NCBI GenBank assembly: GCA_005776945.1
Contig: SXOB01000072.1
Span: 25,337-89,336 of the forward strand
Length of the DNA stretch: 64,000 nucleotides
From: Pseudomonadota bacterium
GTDB taxonomy: Bacteria > Myxococcota_A > UBA796 > GCA-2862545
Direction of reading: 5' to 3'
The position numbers and the translations under genes are program-made. The notes below the pieces were generated by a model. It had not been told where the DNA came from and made no database searches. It was given only the letters and a program-made list of their open reading frames with translations. This document shows positions 56,170 to 64,000 of this stretch, piece by piece. Position 1 is the stretch's first letter, and each line of letters begins with the position of its first letter.

Positions 56170-56934
56170 ATGGTCGGGCTTTGGCTGAGCCTCATGGCGA
56201 TGGCCGAGGACGGCGACTACCGGCTCGGGCCTCGCGACGTCCTCGACGTCGCGATCTACGGTGAACCCACGCTTTCGGGGCCGATCACCCTGGACGAGCG
56301 CGGCGCCGCGGCCTTGGCCCACGTCGGGTCCGTGGCACTCGACGGGTTGACGCCCGAACAGGCCGCCCTCCGAATCCGCGAAGCCTACATGGGTGACTGG
56401 CTGGTCGACCCCTCCGTGACGGTCCGGGTGACGACCTACCGAGCCCAGAAGGTCGAAGTCTACGGCGCCATCAAGAAGCCCGGCCCCTACTACCTGCAGG
56501 GCGAAACCACCCTGCGCGAGGTTCTCGGCGAAGCCGGCTGGCTCGACTCGACGAAGGCCACTCGCCGCGTCGAGGTCCGTCGGGCGAGCGGCGAACGCGT
56601 CGTGGTGTCCATCGACGACCTCATGGCGGCGACCGCGGTCGCCAACCTCGTGCTCGCGCCGGGGGACGTCGTCGACGTCGCCCAGGACGTTTTTGTCTAC
56701 GTGTCCGGATCGGTCAAGAGCCCTGGCGACGTCGGGTTCATCGAGGGCATGACCGCCACCGTCGCCGTCACCGAAGCTGGCGGCTGGACGAACACCGCCT
56801 CACTTGGCAACGCCTACGTGCTCCGAGGCACCGAGCGCATCCGCGTCAACCTGCGCCGCATTCACCGCGGCAAGCAGGCCGACCTCCCCCTTCACGCCGG
56901 CGACCGCCTCGTGATCCGCGAGAGCCCGTTCTGA
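56170..56934 (+). CDS. wza: Polysaccharide export protein (Wza/Poly_export plus SLBB domains)
   Basis: ATG at 56170 gives MVGLWLSLMAMAEDGDYRLGPRDVLDVAIYGEP..LDGLTPEQAALRIREAY..DPSVTVRV (Poly_export), then SLBB-like V.V.G.V..PG repeats. The upstream part of track ORF 55774..56934 is rejected. Confidence 0.85.
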   Translation: MVGLWLSLMAMAEDGDYRLGPRDVLDVAIYGEPTLSGPITLDERGAAALAHVGSVALDGLTPEQAALRIREAYMGDWLVDPSVTVRVTTYRAQKVEVYGAIKKPGPYYLQGETTLREVLGEAGWLDSTKATRRVEVRRASGERVVVSIDDLMAATAVANLVLAPGDVVDVAQDVFVYVSGSVKSPGDVGFIEGMTATVAVTEAGGWTNTASLGNAYVLRGTERIRVNLRRIHRGKQADLPLHAGDRLVIRESPF

Positions 56935-56968
56935 TCGAGGGTCCGCACCGCGCGGGATAGCCCGGGAC

Positions 56969-59584
56969 ATGTGGTGGGCGTTCGCCTGCACGAACGATCT
57001 GGCCCTCCGCGAGGCGCCGTTCGCAGCCGGCGGTCAGCTTGTCATCGCCCGGGCGCCAGACTCGCCGACCGTCATCGTCGTCGAAGACGACCGCCACCCT
57101 GTCGTTGCGCTCCAGATCTGGCTGCGGGTGGGCTCGGCGGACGAAACGCCCGGGGCCACCGGAGTCGCCCACCTGCTCGAACACGTCGCCTTCCGACGGC
57201 CGGACCATCGGGCCTGGGACGACGTCGTCAACGGGCTGGGCGGCGTCGCCGCGAATGCTTGGACCTGGCAAGACGCGACGGCCTTTGCCTCGCTCGTTCC
57301 GCCGGAGGCCATTCCCGCGCTGCTGAGGGCAGAAGCCGAGCGCTTGACCACCCCGCCCACCGAAGCGGACCTCGCCCTCGAACGCGACGTCGTGGCCAAC
57401 GAACTGGGCCAGCTGTCCGCCGACCCGACGTTGGCCACCACCGCGGCGCTTTGGAGCACCGCCTTTGCCGGCCATCCCTACGCGGTTCCCATCGGCGGCC
57501 GCGACCTGCCTTCCCTCGACGTCGACGACGCGGAAGCATTCGGGGCCCAGCGCGGTCGCGAGGCGGTCGCCGTCGTCCTTGTCGGAGACGTCGTCGCCAG
57601 CGAGGTGATTCCCCTCGTCGCCGAGGCCTTTCGCGACCTGCCGGCCTCCTCGGCGAGGCCGTCGCGGCCCAGCCCTACCCATCGCGAAGCGCGCTCGACG
57701 CTGAAGATTCCAGGGCTCCATCCCCGCGTCCACCTCGGGTTTCCGGCACCCACGTTGGCCGACCCCGACGTCCCCGCGCTCCAGGTCCTCGATCTGGCGC
57801 TCGGCAGCGGCCAATCCGCCCCGATCCCGCGCGCGCTCGAAGATGCCGGCCTCGCCGCCGACGCGACGAGCCGACTCAGCCCCCTTCGGAGCGCGGGCCT
57901 CTGGGAATGGAGGATGGCGGTGCTGCCGGGCGTTCCCCTCGAACAAGCCGAGGGCACTCTGCGGGACGCGTTGGCCGGCGGAGCGACGGACGCCGACCTC
58001 GAGCGCGGCCGCGCCGCCTGGGTCGGCGCCATCTGGTCCCAAGTCGTCGACCACGCCGGCATCGCGGCCTGGCTCGGCTGGCACGAGGTGATTGCCGGAG
58101 ACGCCAAGATCGGCGCGGACCGGCTGCAATCGACGGCTCCGTCGATCGACACTGTCCGCCTTGCGCAGGCCCGATGGCCGCTTCGCGACGCGGCCACCGC
58201 GGTCGGCCTCGCCACGATGACGGACCCAAGCCCGCGCTTGCCTCTCATCCCGCCAGCGCTCACCTTGCCCCTCCCGACGCCCACCGCTCGACACGGCGCC
58301 AGACTGACAGCGCCCACGACCTGGAACGTCGCGGGAATTGCCGTAGACATCGAGCCCGACCCCGACACGCCGCTCGTCTGGCTGCGCGTCGGTTTCCCGA
58401 CGGGTTCCGCCGCGGACGCGATCGGCGGCGAGGCCAACCTCGCTGCGAGGGCCTGGCTTCGGGGTGGCGCCGATCTGCCGCGGGCCGACCTCGAGGGAGG
58501 GCTCGAGGCACTCGGCGCGTCGGCCTCCGTCGAGGTGGACGCCGAGGCCACCTGGCTGCTCCTTCGCTGCCCCGCCGCGTCCCTGCGCCCTTCCCTGGAG
58601 TTGCTTGCGCGCTCGTGGCGCAGCACGCCGTCACCTGCCGAGCTGCGCCAACTCGTCGCGGAAGTCCGCAACCGGATCGGGGGCTCGCAAGACCTCGGCG
58701 CCGTCGCGGCCCTGAGCCACCTGCGTCAGCGGCACGGCCGCGACCATCCGTACGCGCGGCCCGTCACCGGGACCCAATCGACCCTTCGCCAACTGTCGCC
58801 GCGCGCCGTGACGGACGCGGGTCAGTCGATCCTCCAATCGGCGCCCATCGCCGCCTTGGCTGGCGCCGTGGATGGGGACATGCAGGCGGACCTCGCGCAC
58901 CTGTTCGACGCGCTGCCGACGCCGGGCCCGCGCCACCCGGCTCCGGCCGAGGTGCCCCTACCTGGCCAGCTGCCCATCCTGCTCCTCGACCGCGTCGACG
59001 CGCCATTCGCCGTTGTCCGACTGGGTCGGGCGACCTTGGCCGTCGATGACCCTCGCCTTCCCGCTTCGCTGCTGGCCGACGAAGCCCTCGCCGGCGGCCC
59101 TAGCGGCGTGCTGAGCCGCGTCCTGCGGGGAGAGCGCGGGCTCGCGTACCAGGTGACGATCGACCGCGCGTTCCGACGCTCGGACCGGGGAACCTGGGCC
59201 GTCGTGTGGACGACGCCGCCCGCCCATGTCCGCGAGACGGTCGATCTCATCCGCGACGCCTTGACGACGGCCATGACCTCCCTGCCTGCGGACGACCTTT
59301 CGCGCGCCCGCCGCGTGCTCGGCGACGGCATCCGCTACGCGACCGATACTGCGCCCGAACGGGCTGGCCTTCGGGCCGTCGAGCGGCTGACGGGCTGGGA
59401 TGACGTCGACCTCCGACGCCAGGCTGCCGGGAGTTCGGATGCGGCCGCTGCCGATGCCCTCGCCGCAACCCTCGACGGACCTCTCTTTCTCATCGTCGCC
59501 GGCTCCGCGTCTCAGATTCTGGAACAGCTGGAGCCGCTCGGCGAGGTCCGAGTTCTGCCGGCTGCGGTCGCCCTCGAGCGCTAG
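56969..59584 (+). CDS. Tandem M16 (pitrilysin/insulinase) family peptidase; only the first unit has the zinc motif
   Basis: GVAHLLEHVAFR (HxxEH) near the N-terminus, with a downstream E in ..LERDVVANEL... The second half repeats the M16 fold pattern (..ANLAARAWLRGG..) without HxxEH. Confidence 0.8.
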   Translation: MWWAFACTNDLALREAPFAAGGQLVIARAPDSPTVIVVEDDRHPVVALQIWLRVGSADETPGATGVAHLLEHVAFRRPDHRAWDDVVNGLGGVAANAWTWQDATAFASLVPPEAIPALLRAEAERLTTPPTEADLALERDVVANELGQLSADPTLATTAALWSTAFAGHPYAVPIGGRDLPSLDVDDAEAFGAQRGREAVAVVLVGDVVASEVIPLVAEAFRDLPASSARPSRPSPTHREARSTLKIPGLHPRVHLGFPAPTLADPDVPALQVLDLALGSGQSAPIPRALEDAGLAADATSRLSPLRSAGLWEWRMAVLPGVPLEQAEGTLRDALAGGATDADLERGRAAWVGAIWSQVVDHAGIAAWLGWHEVIAGDAKIGADRLQSTAPSIDTVRLAQARWPLRDAATAVGLATMTDPSPRLPLIPPALTLPLPTPTARHGARLTAPTTWNVAGIAVDIEPDPDTPLVWLRVGFPTGSAADAIGGEANLAARAWLRGGADLPRADLEGGLEALGASASVEVDAEATWLLLRCPAASLRPSLELLARSWRSTPSPAELRQLVAEVRNRIGGSQDLGAVAALSHLRQRHGRDHPYARPVTGTQSTLRQLSPRAVTDAGQSILQSAPIAALAGAVDGDMQADLAHLFDALPTPGPRHPAPAEVPLPGQLPILLLDRVDAPFAVVRLGRATLAVDDPRLPASLLADEALAGGPSGVLSRVLRGERGLAYQVTIDRAFRRSDRGTWAVVWTTPPAHVRETVDLIRDALTTAMTSLPADDLSRARRVLGDGIRYATDTAPERAGLRAVERLTGWDDVDLRRQAAGSSDAAAADALAATLDGPLFLIVAGSASQILEQLEPLGEVRVLPAAVALER

Positions 59585-59591
59585 CCAACGG

Positions 59592-61550
59592 CTACCGCAC
59601 CCACACCACGCGGCTCGCCATCGTCCGGTCGCCCGCCCGAGCGCGAACGACCCAGGCGCCGGGGGCGAGGCCTTGGACGTCCGCCCAGACCCGACGATGG
59701 CCCGGTTCCACTTGGACGGGAACCGTCGTCCAGGGGCCGCCGTCGCTCCACTCGAAGTCGACCCCAATGGGGGGATGATCGGCGACGAGTTCGAGGCGAA
59801 AGGGAGTGTCCTTCGCGACCGCCAAGGTCTGGGGGAACGGCGCGCGCGCATGGCGAGTCGCAAACGACACCACGTCGGGCGCGTCCGGCGGCAGCGCCAC
59901 TTCTTCGGACAACACGCGGGCAAAGGTGCGTCCGTCCGGCGTCTCAGCGTTCGCCCACCGGCCTGGGGGCGGCGCGGCCCCGCCACACCCACCTGACGGG
60001 GTCGCTCGAATCACCTCGGCCTCATGGAAGGCGAAATCCGCGCCAACCCGCGAATCGAGTCGGTCGAGGACAGCGAGGTGCTCGGCATCCCACAGCGCTC
60101 GGCCCGCACGCACATCCGCCTGGCGCATCGCGCGACCGTTCCGCACAAAGGTCCAGACATCGCCCCACCGATCGAATCGCCCCGACCAACCCAAGGTGAA
60201 CAGATGCCGCGCCGGAACCGCCTCGCCGTCGAAGGCCCCAGCGGCCACGGGCGCGTCGTCGTCCGGGCGAGGGGGCCCCGGCGGCGGAACCCAGCCCACA
60301 TCGTCGACGTACTTGCGGAAGAAGTCGGCCCGATCGCGCCCGGACCACGCCGCCAAAGCGGCACGCAAGTCGTAGCGACCACCGCGATGGTTGCGAATCT
60401 GCTCGGCGACGAAAGCGTCCAGGTCGAGTCCATCCCCCGCGAGTTCCTCAGCCAGGAGGTCCACGACGAGCGGCCCCTTGACGTAGTGGAGGAATTCACG
60501 TTGGGCCTCGTTTCCGCGGCCGTCGTCCGCGAGCGCGAGGTCCAGGTTGGGGTCGAGCCAACGCTCGCGAATGTAGCGCTCATACCAGCCGTTGCGACCC
60601 GACCCGAGTGCGGCCCAGCCGAGCGACTCGACTGCGCGATGTTCCACCCACGACGCCCACCCTTCGGTGAACCACGCGTCGCGGGCGTCGTCGGGTTGGG
60701 CAGCCCAGGGCGCGTACTTGTTCATGGGGTGCGCGTGGCGGTGGCCAAGCAACTCCCATCCGCGCTCCACGCCGACGGGCCGGGTACATGCGCCCTGGGC
60801 GCCGGCCCCCGCGAAGATCGGTTCCGAGCCGTCCAACCAAGCGGAGAGGAAGGGCCCGTCGGCCTCGAAGGATGCGTGTTCGGCGAACCACCGCGTCAGC
60901 GTCGCCGTCCGCTCGTGCGTCTCACGACGCCTGGTCGCATCCCAGCTCCGCGGCACCGCCGAGCGCAGCGTCGTTCGCCCGATCGTGGTGGTGACGACCT
61001 CGATGTCGCCGGCGACCCAGCAGGCGGTCTTCAGCAGCTCCCGTTGCGCCCAGGCCGGTCCGGCAACCCGCAATTCATCGCCGTCTTCGACGAAGGGCGT
61101 GGCGACGACGTCGTCAGCACCGCGCTGAAACGTGAGGCGCGCGTCGAAGTCGGCCCGCGGCATCAGCAGGGCGCGGCCGTCGACGCTCGCTTGTTCGTCA
61201 TCCGCCCACCCCTGCGCGCCATGGCGGCCCGGGCCTCCGGGCCGAACCCGCCACGTCCACGTCATCCCGTCGGCAGGCGCCGCCACCCGCCACGTGCTCC
61301 CCTCGCGGACCACTGGTAGGGGACGCCCATCGAGTTCGACGGCGACGTCTTCGATGGCGACACCGCCCCCGCCGCCCGTCCACGCCTCTGGCGCCTCCGA
61401 GCCGCTCCATCGCGCCGTGATCGCCACCGTTCCCGACGCCCGTTCGCGGACGTCGATGGCGTAGTGCACCGTTGGGACCTCACCCTCGCTCGCCCACGCC
61501 GCGACCCCTCCAATTCCGGTCACGAGTATGACTTTTTGCATTTTGCTCAT
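59592..61550 (-). CDS. M1/gluzincin-like secreted protein with a non-canonical HRHAH in place of HExxH
   Basis: ATG at 61550 after GAGGAAG. Signal-like MSKMQKVILVTGIGGVAAWA. LLGHRHAHPMN...AWFTEGWASWVE aligns with the M1 HExxH(x18)E layout, but the catalytic Glu is Arg. The C-terminal domain looks Ig-like. Confidence 0.55.
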   Translation of the reverse strand: MSKMQKVILVTGIGGVAAWASEGEVPTVHYAIDVRERASGTVAITARWSGSEAPEAWTGGGGGVAIEDVAVELDGRPLPVVREGSTWRVAAPADGMTWTWRVRPGGPGRHGAQGWADDEQASVDGRALLMPRADFDARLTFQRGADDVVATPFVEDGDELRVAGPAWAQRELLKTACWVAGDIEVVTTTIGRTTLRSAVPRSWDATRRRETHERTATLTRWFAEHASFEADGPFLSAWLDGSEPIFAGAGAQGACTRPVGVERGWELLGHRHAHPMNKYAPWAAQPDDARDAWFTEGWASWVEHRAVESLGWAALGSGRNGWYERYIRERWLDPNLDLALADDGRGNEAQREFLHYVKGPLVVDLLAEELAGDGLDLDAFVAEQIRNHRGGRYDLRAALAAWSGRDRADFFRKYVDDVGWVPPPGPPRPDDDAPVAAGAFDGEAVPARHLFTLGWSGRFDRWGDVWTFVRNGRAMRQADVRAGRALWDAEHLAVLDRLDSRVGADFAFHEAEVIRATPSGGCGGAAPPPGRWANAETPDGRTFARVLSEEVALPPDAPDVVSFATRHARAPFPQTLAVAKDTPFRLELVADHPPIGVDFEWSDGGPWTTVPVQVEPGHRRVWADVQGLAPGAWVVRARAGDRTMASRVVWVR

Positions 61551-61611
61551 GTCTTCCTCGCTCCGCCCGATACCATGCGCGCGTCCGTCATCCTTGTCCC
61601 CGGAAGGAACC

Positions 61612-62145
61612 ATGTACTTCTCACTGGCCGCAGCGCTCCTCGCGGCATCGTCTGCACAGGCTTCGACGTTCGAGCCCGTCTCGCTGCGTCAACTCACCAC
61701 GACGGCCACGGCGATCGTCAGGGTGAACATCGTCGAGACCACCGCCCAATGGAACGCCGGTCACGACTACATCGAGACGCTTGCCACCGTAGAAGTCACC
61801 GACGTCCTCGGCGGCGACCTCGCCGACGGCGAGATCCTCACCGTTCGCGAAGTCGGCGGCGAAGTCGACGGCTACCACGTGTCGGCCGTCGGCTTCCCCA
61901 AACTCGAGGCGGGCGCCGACCTCGTCGTCTTCCTCACGACCTGGCCCCAGGACGGCTCGTACCGCGTCCACGAGTTCGCCTACGGCATCTACGAAGTCGT
62001 CACCGCGCCGAGCGGCCAGACGGTGTTGATGCCCGGCCCGACCCAGGACACGCCCGGCGCCACGATGTTCAACCCCGAGGCCCCCGTGGCCCCGAAGACC
62101 CCCCTTGCCACGCTGGCGCGCTCCGTCGCCCAGCTCCGCCGCTGA
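61612..62145 (+). CDS. Secreted protein, function unknown
   Basis: ATG at 61612 after GGAAGGA. Signal peptide MYFSLAAALLAASSAQAS. The 177-aa domain looks beta-rich. It lies 8 nt upstream of the matrixin gene. Confidence 0.65.
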   Translation: MYFSLAAALLAASSAQASTFEPVSLRQLTTTATAIVRVNIVETTAQWNAGHDYIETLATVEVTDVLGGDLADGEILTVREVGGEVDGYHVSAVGFPKLEAGADLVVFLTTWPQDGSYRVHEFAYGIYEVVTAPSGQTVLMPGPTQDTPGATMFNPEAPVAPKTPLATLARSVAQLRR

Positions 62146-62153
62146 GGAACCCC

Positions 62154-62798
62154 ATGACCCGCATCATGCTCGCCGCCATCCTCGCCACGGGGGGCGCCCT
62201 CCTCCTGGTCGCAAGCCAGGCCGACGCCTACACACTCCTCACCCCGAATCGCGCATGGGCCACGCTTCCGGTTCCCATCGAGATCCACACGGGTCGCGAC
62301 GAGACCAGCATCGGCGCCCCCGACCTCGATTTTGGCCAGACCGCGACGGCCGACAAGATCGACAGCCTCGATTCGTGGAACGGCAAGATCCCCGGCATCA
62401 CCGACGCCTTCACGACGTCCGTGTCCTACTCGTTGGGCGACGGAGCGCCGACGGTGGTGTTCAACGACCCGCTCGCCATCTGCACGGGCTCCTGCCTCGC
62501 GGCCACGCTCACCGGCTACTACAGCTTCGACGGCGTGAAGTACACGATCGACGACGCCGACATTTTCGTCACGAAGAAGGCGAGCACCAAATTCGATTCC
62601 GAGATCGAGAAGCCGCCTGGGACCTGCACCAGCGCCTTCTACATCGAGGGCATCATGGTCCACGAAGTGGGACACATGCTTGGCCTCGGCCACAGCGCCA
62701 CATCTACGGCGACGATGTACAGCACGGTCAGCACCTGCGACTCCGGCCTGCGGATCCTCGACACCGACGACAAGAACGGCATCGACGTCCTTTACTAG
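62154..62798 (+). CDS. Secreted zinc metalloprotease, matrixin/M10-like (metzincin)
   Basis: Signal peptide MTRIMLAAILATGGALLLVASQADA. HEVGHMLGLGHS zinc motif followed by the Met-turn ATMYS. Confidence 0.85.
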   Translation: MTRIMLAAILATGGALLLVASQADAYTLLTPNRAWATLPVPIEIHTGRDETSIGAPDLDFGQTATADKIDSLDSWNGKIPGITDAFTTSVSYSLGDGAPTVVFNDPLAICTGSCLAATLTGYYSFDGVKYTIDDADIFVTKKASTKFDSEIEKPPGTCTSAFYIEGIMVHEVGHMLGLGHSATSTATMYSTVSTCDSGLRILDTDDKNGIDVLY

Positions 62799-62821
62799 CC
62801 GTCTGCCACGGTGGTTGCATC

Positions 62822-62852
62822 GGGCGTCGGCGGCCAGCGTTAGCCGACGCCC
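62822..62852 (+). promoter_or_regulatory. Perfect 10-bp stem / 11-nt loop hairpin ending at the base before the start codon of the next gene (terminator and/or translation control)
   Basis: GGGCGTCGGC-ggccagcgtta-GCCGACGCCC, then ATG at 62853. It begins 24 nt after the matrixin stop. No SD-like sequence is present outside the hairpin. Confidence 0.4.
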
Positions 62853-63806
62853 ATGCGAATTTCCCTGATTCTCGGCATGGTCGGCTGCGCGCCAGCCACG
62901 GCCACGCTCGGCACCATCGACGACCCGATTCCCGACGCTCCCGCGCCGACTGATTCGACGACGGACATTCCACCCGAGGAAACACCGACCGATTCGCCGC
63001 CGGACCCCACCTCGGAGCCGCCGCCCGCCTCGATCGACCCCACCACGCGCGGACCGTTCGACGTCACCACGACCAGAGACGTGTTCGACGCCAGCTGCGA
63101 GCTTCCCTACGCCGCGGTCCGACCCGTCGGGGTCGACCCCTTCGCCGTGGCGGTTCTCGCCCATGGCTTCCTGCTCGACAGTTCGTCGATGACGGGGTGG
63201 GCCGAGCACTGGGCCTCCTGGGGTGTGGCCGTGGCCGTCCCGGACCTGTGCCACTCCAGCATTTTCGACAGCGACGCCGCCCTCAACGGCTCGGACATGG
63301 CCGAGCTTGGCGAACACCTCGCGGGCGGCCTGCCCATCGTCTACGCTGGACATTCTGCTGGCGGCCTTGCGGCGCTGTTGGCCCCTGCGAACAGTCCCCA
63401 TGCCGTCGCAGTGCTTGGTTTCGACCCCGTCGACGACATCCTGGGGTCGGGTCTCGCGGCCGCGCCCGACGTCGACATCCCTGTCGCCGGGATCTACGCC
63501 GAAGACGAGACGTGCAACGCCTTCGGCAATGGCCTCGACGCCTTCGGCGCCGCTCCGAGCCACCGCCTCCTTCGCGCCGTCGGCACCGACCACTGCGACT
63601 ACACCAACCCCTACGAGTCGCTGTGCGACATCGCGTGCGCGAACGGAACCGCCGACCCCGAGGTGACGGTCGACGTCCTTGAGGGCCTCAGCCTCGCGTG
63701 GATCGCCTGGCACACGGGCGAACGGCCCGACCTCGCCGTCTACTGGCAACCCGAGAGCGCTGAGCTGGGCGCCTGGATCGACGCCGGACTCGTCGCGATT
63801 CCCTAG
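62853..63806 (+). CDS. Alpha/beta-hydrolase lipoprotein (dienelactone-hydrolase/chlorophyllase/PAF-acetylhydrolase-like)
   Basis: MRISLILGMVGC carries a lipobox. Pro/Thr/Asp-rich linker. Nucleophile elbow GHSAGG. Downstream Asp and His candidates (FDPVDD, GTDHCDY). Confidence 0.75.
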   Translation: MRISLILGMVGCAPATATLGTIDDPIPDAPAPTDSTTDIPPEETPTDSPPDPTSEPPPASIDPTTRGPFDVTTTRDVFDASCELPYAAVRPVGVDPFAVAVLAHGFLLDSSSMTGWAEHWASWGVAVAVPDLCHSSIFDSDAALNGSDMAELGEHLAGGLPIVYAGHSAGGLAALLAPANSPHAVAVLGFDPVDDILGSGLAAAPDVDIPVAGIYAEDETCNAFGNGLDAFGAAPSHRLLRAVGTDHCDYTNPYESLCDIACANGTADPEVTVDVLEGLSLAWIAWHTGERPDLAVYWQPESAELGAWIDAGLVAIP

Positions 63807-63813
63807 CTGGCTG

Positions 63814-63996
63814 CTAGGTCGGTTCCGCGCCGGCATCGACCGCTTGGCGAGCCGCCTGACGCATCCACACTTCGTGGCGCATACGTTCGGCGAGGGCCAG
63901 CTGATCGATGCGGGCCTCGATGCGCTGCACCCGCTGTGTCACGGCCGCGCGGGAGACGCCCGCCCGCCGGGCGAACTCCGCCTTGCTGCCGGCCAT
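63814..63996 (-). CDS. Small helix-turn-helix protein (60 aa)
   Basis: MAGSKAEFARRAGVSRAAVTQRVQRIEARI is a typical HTH segment. The ORF lies 4 nt from the window edge, so the upstream context is unseen and the start is uncertain. Confidence 0.4.
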   Translation of the reverse strand: MAGSKAEFARRAGVSRAAVTQRVQRIEARIDQLALAERMRHEVWMRQAARQAVDAGAEPT

Positions 63997-64000
63997 GAGC

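Noticed and set aside
63807-63830. A small CTAGC-N5-GCTAG inverted repeat between the hydrolase gene and the convergent HTH ORF
   Set aside because: A 5-bp stem is too weak to call a terminator, and its position is adequately explained by the two stop codons it contains.

Overview
The sequence is very GC-rich (about 70% by eye, not computed) and gene-dense. It is almost certainly a chromosomal segment from a member of the Myxococcota. Three things point that way: a MYXO-CTERM sorting tail, an MglA-family GTPase paralog and a Wzy/Wzc/Wza-type polysaccharide locus. I can support about 55 protein-coding genes, 2 tRNAs, one decayed integrative-element remnant, and a few hairpins, palindromes and in-frame low-complexity repeats. 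I found no rRNA, no CRISPR array and no intact transposase.

Gene order, left to right:
- thiG (partial)
- Pro/Ala-rich and Cys-rich lipoproteins
- tRNA-Leu
- a four-gene envelope operon of three paralogous beta-propeller lipoproteins and a small beta-barrel
- lgt
- a membrane-anchored MglA-like pseudo-GTPase
- a minus-strand run of bolA, grxD, SWIM/SNF2 helicase, a cpaB-like gene and lipoproteins
- a MYXO-CTERM protein
- pyrF
- a tRNA-Arg(UCU)-like gene abutting a degraded large serine recombinase
- addB and addA
- a chimeric truncated-kinase/AAA ORF
- a tetR/alkB pair
- an SPFH protein
- a SulP permease
- a large YyaL-Trx-NHL fusion
- an extracytoplasmic flavinylation cluster (outer-membrane (OM) barrel, FMN_bind, apbE, a His-rich membrane protein and two complementary ABC half-transporters)
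- a polysaccharide locus with neuC, neuB, three Wzy_C-type proteins, wzc, uxs and wza
- a group of secreted peptidases and hydrolases

I see no single system that is clearly new. The best candidates for a second look are:
- the flavinylation/ABC/His-rich membrane protein cluster
- the triple beta-propeller lipoprotein operon
- the tail-anchored MglA-like pseudo-GTPase
- the G33 tRNA-Arg at the mobile-element scar
- a recurrent GTTAG(G/C) motif at fixed distances upstream of start codons

Many long ORFs in the supplied track are GC-driven shadow frames and were rejected. All functional calls rest on motifs I read in the translations. I ran no database search.
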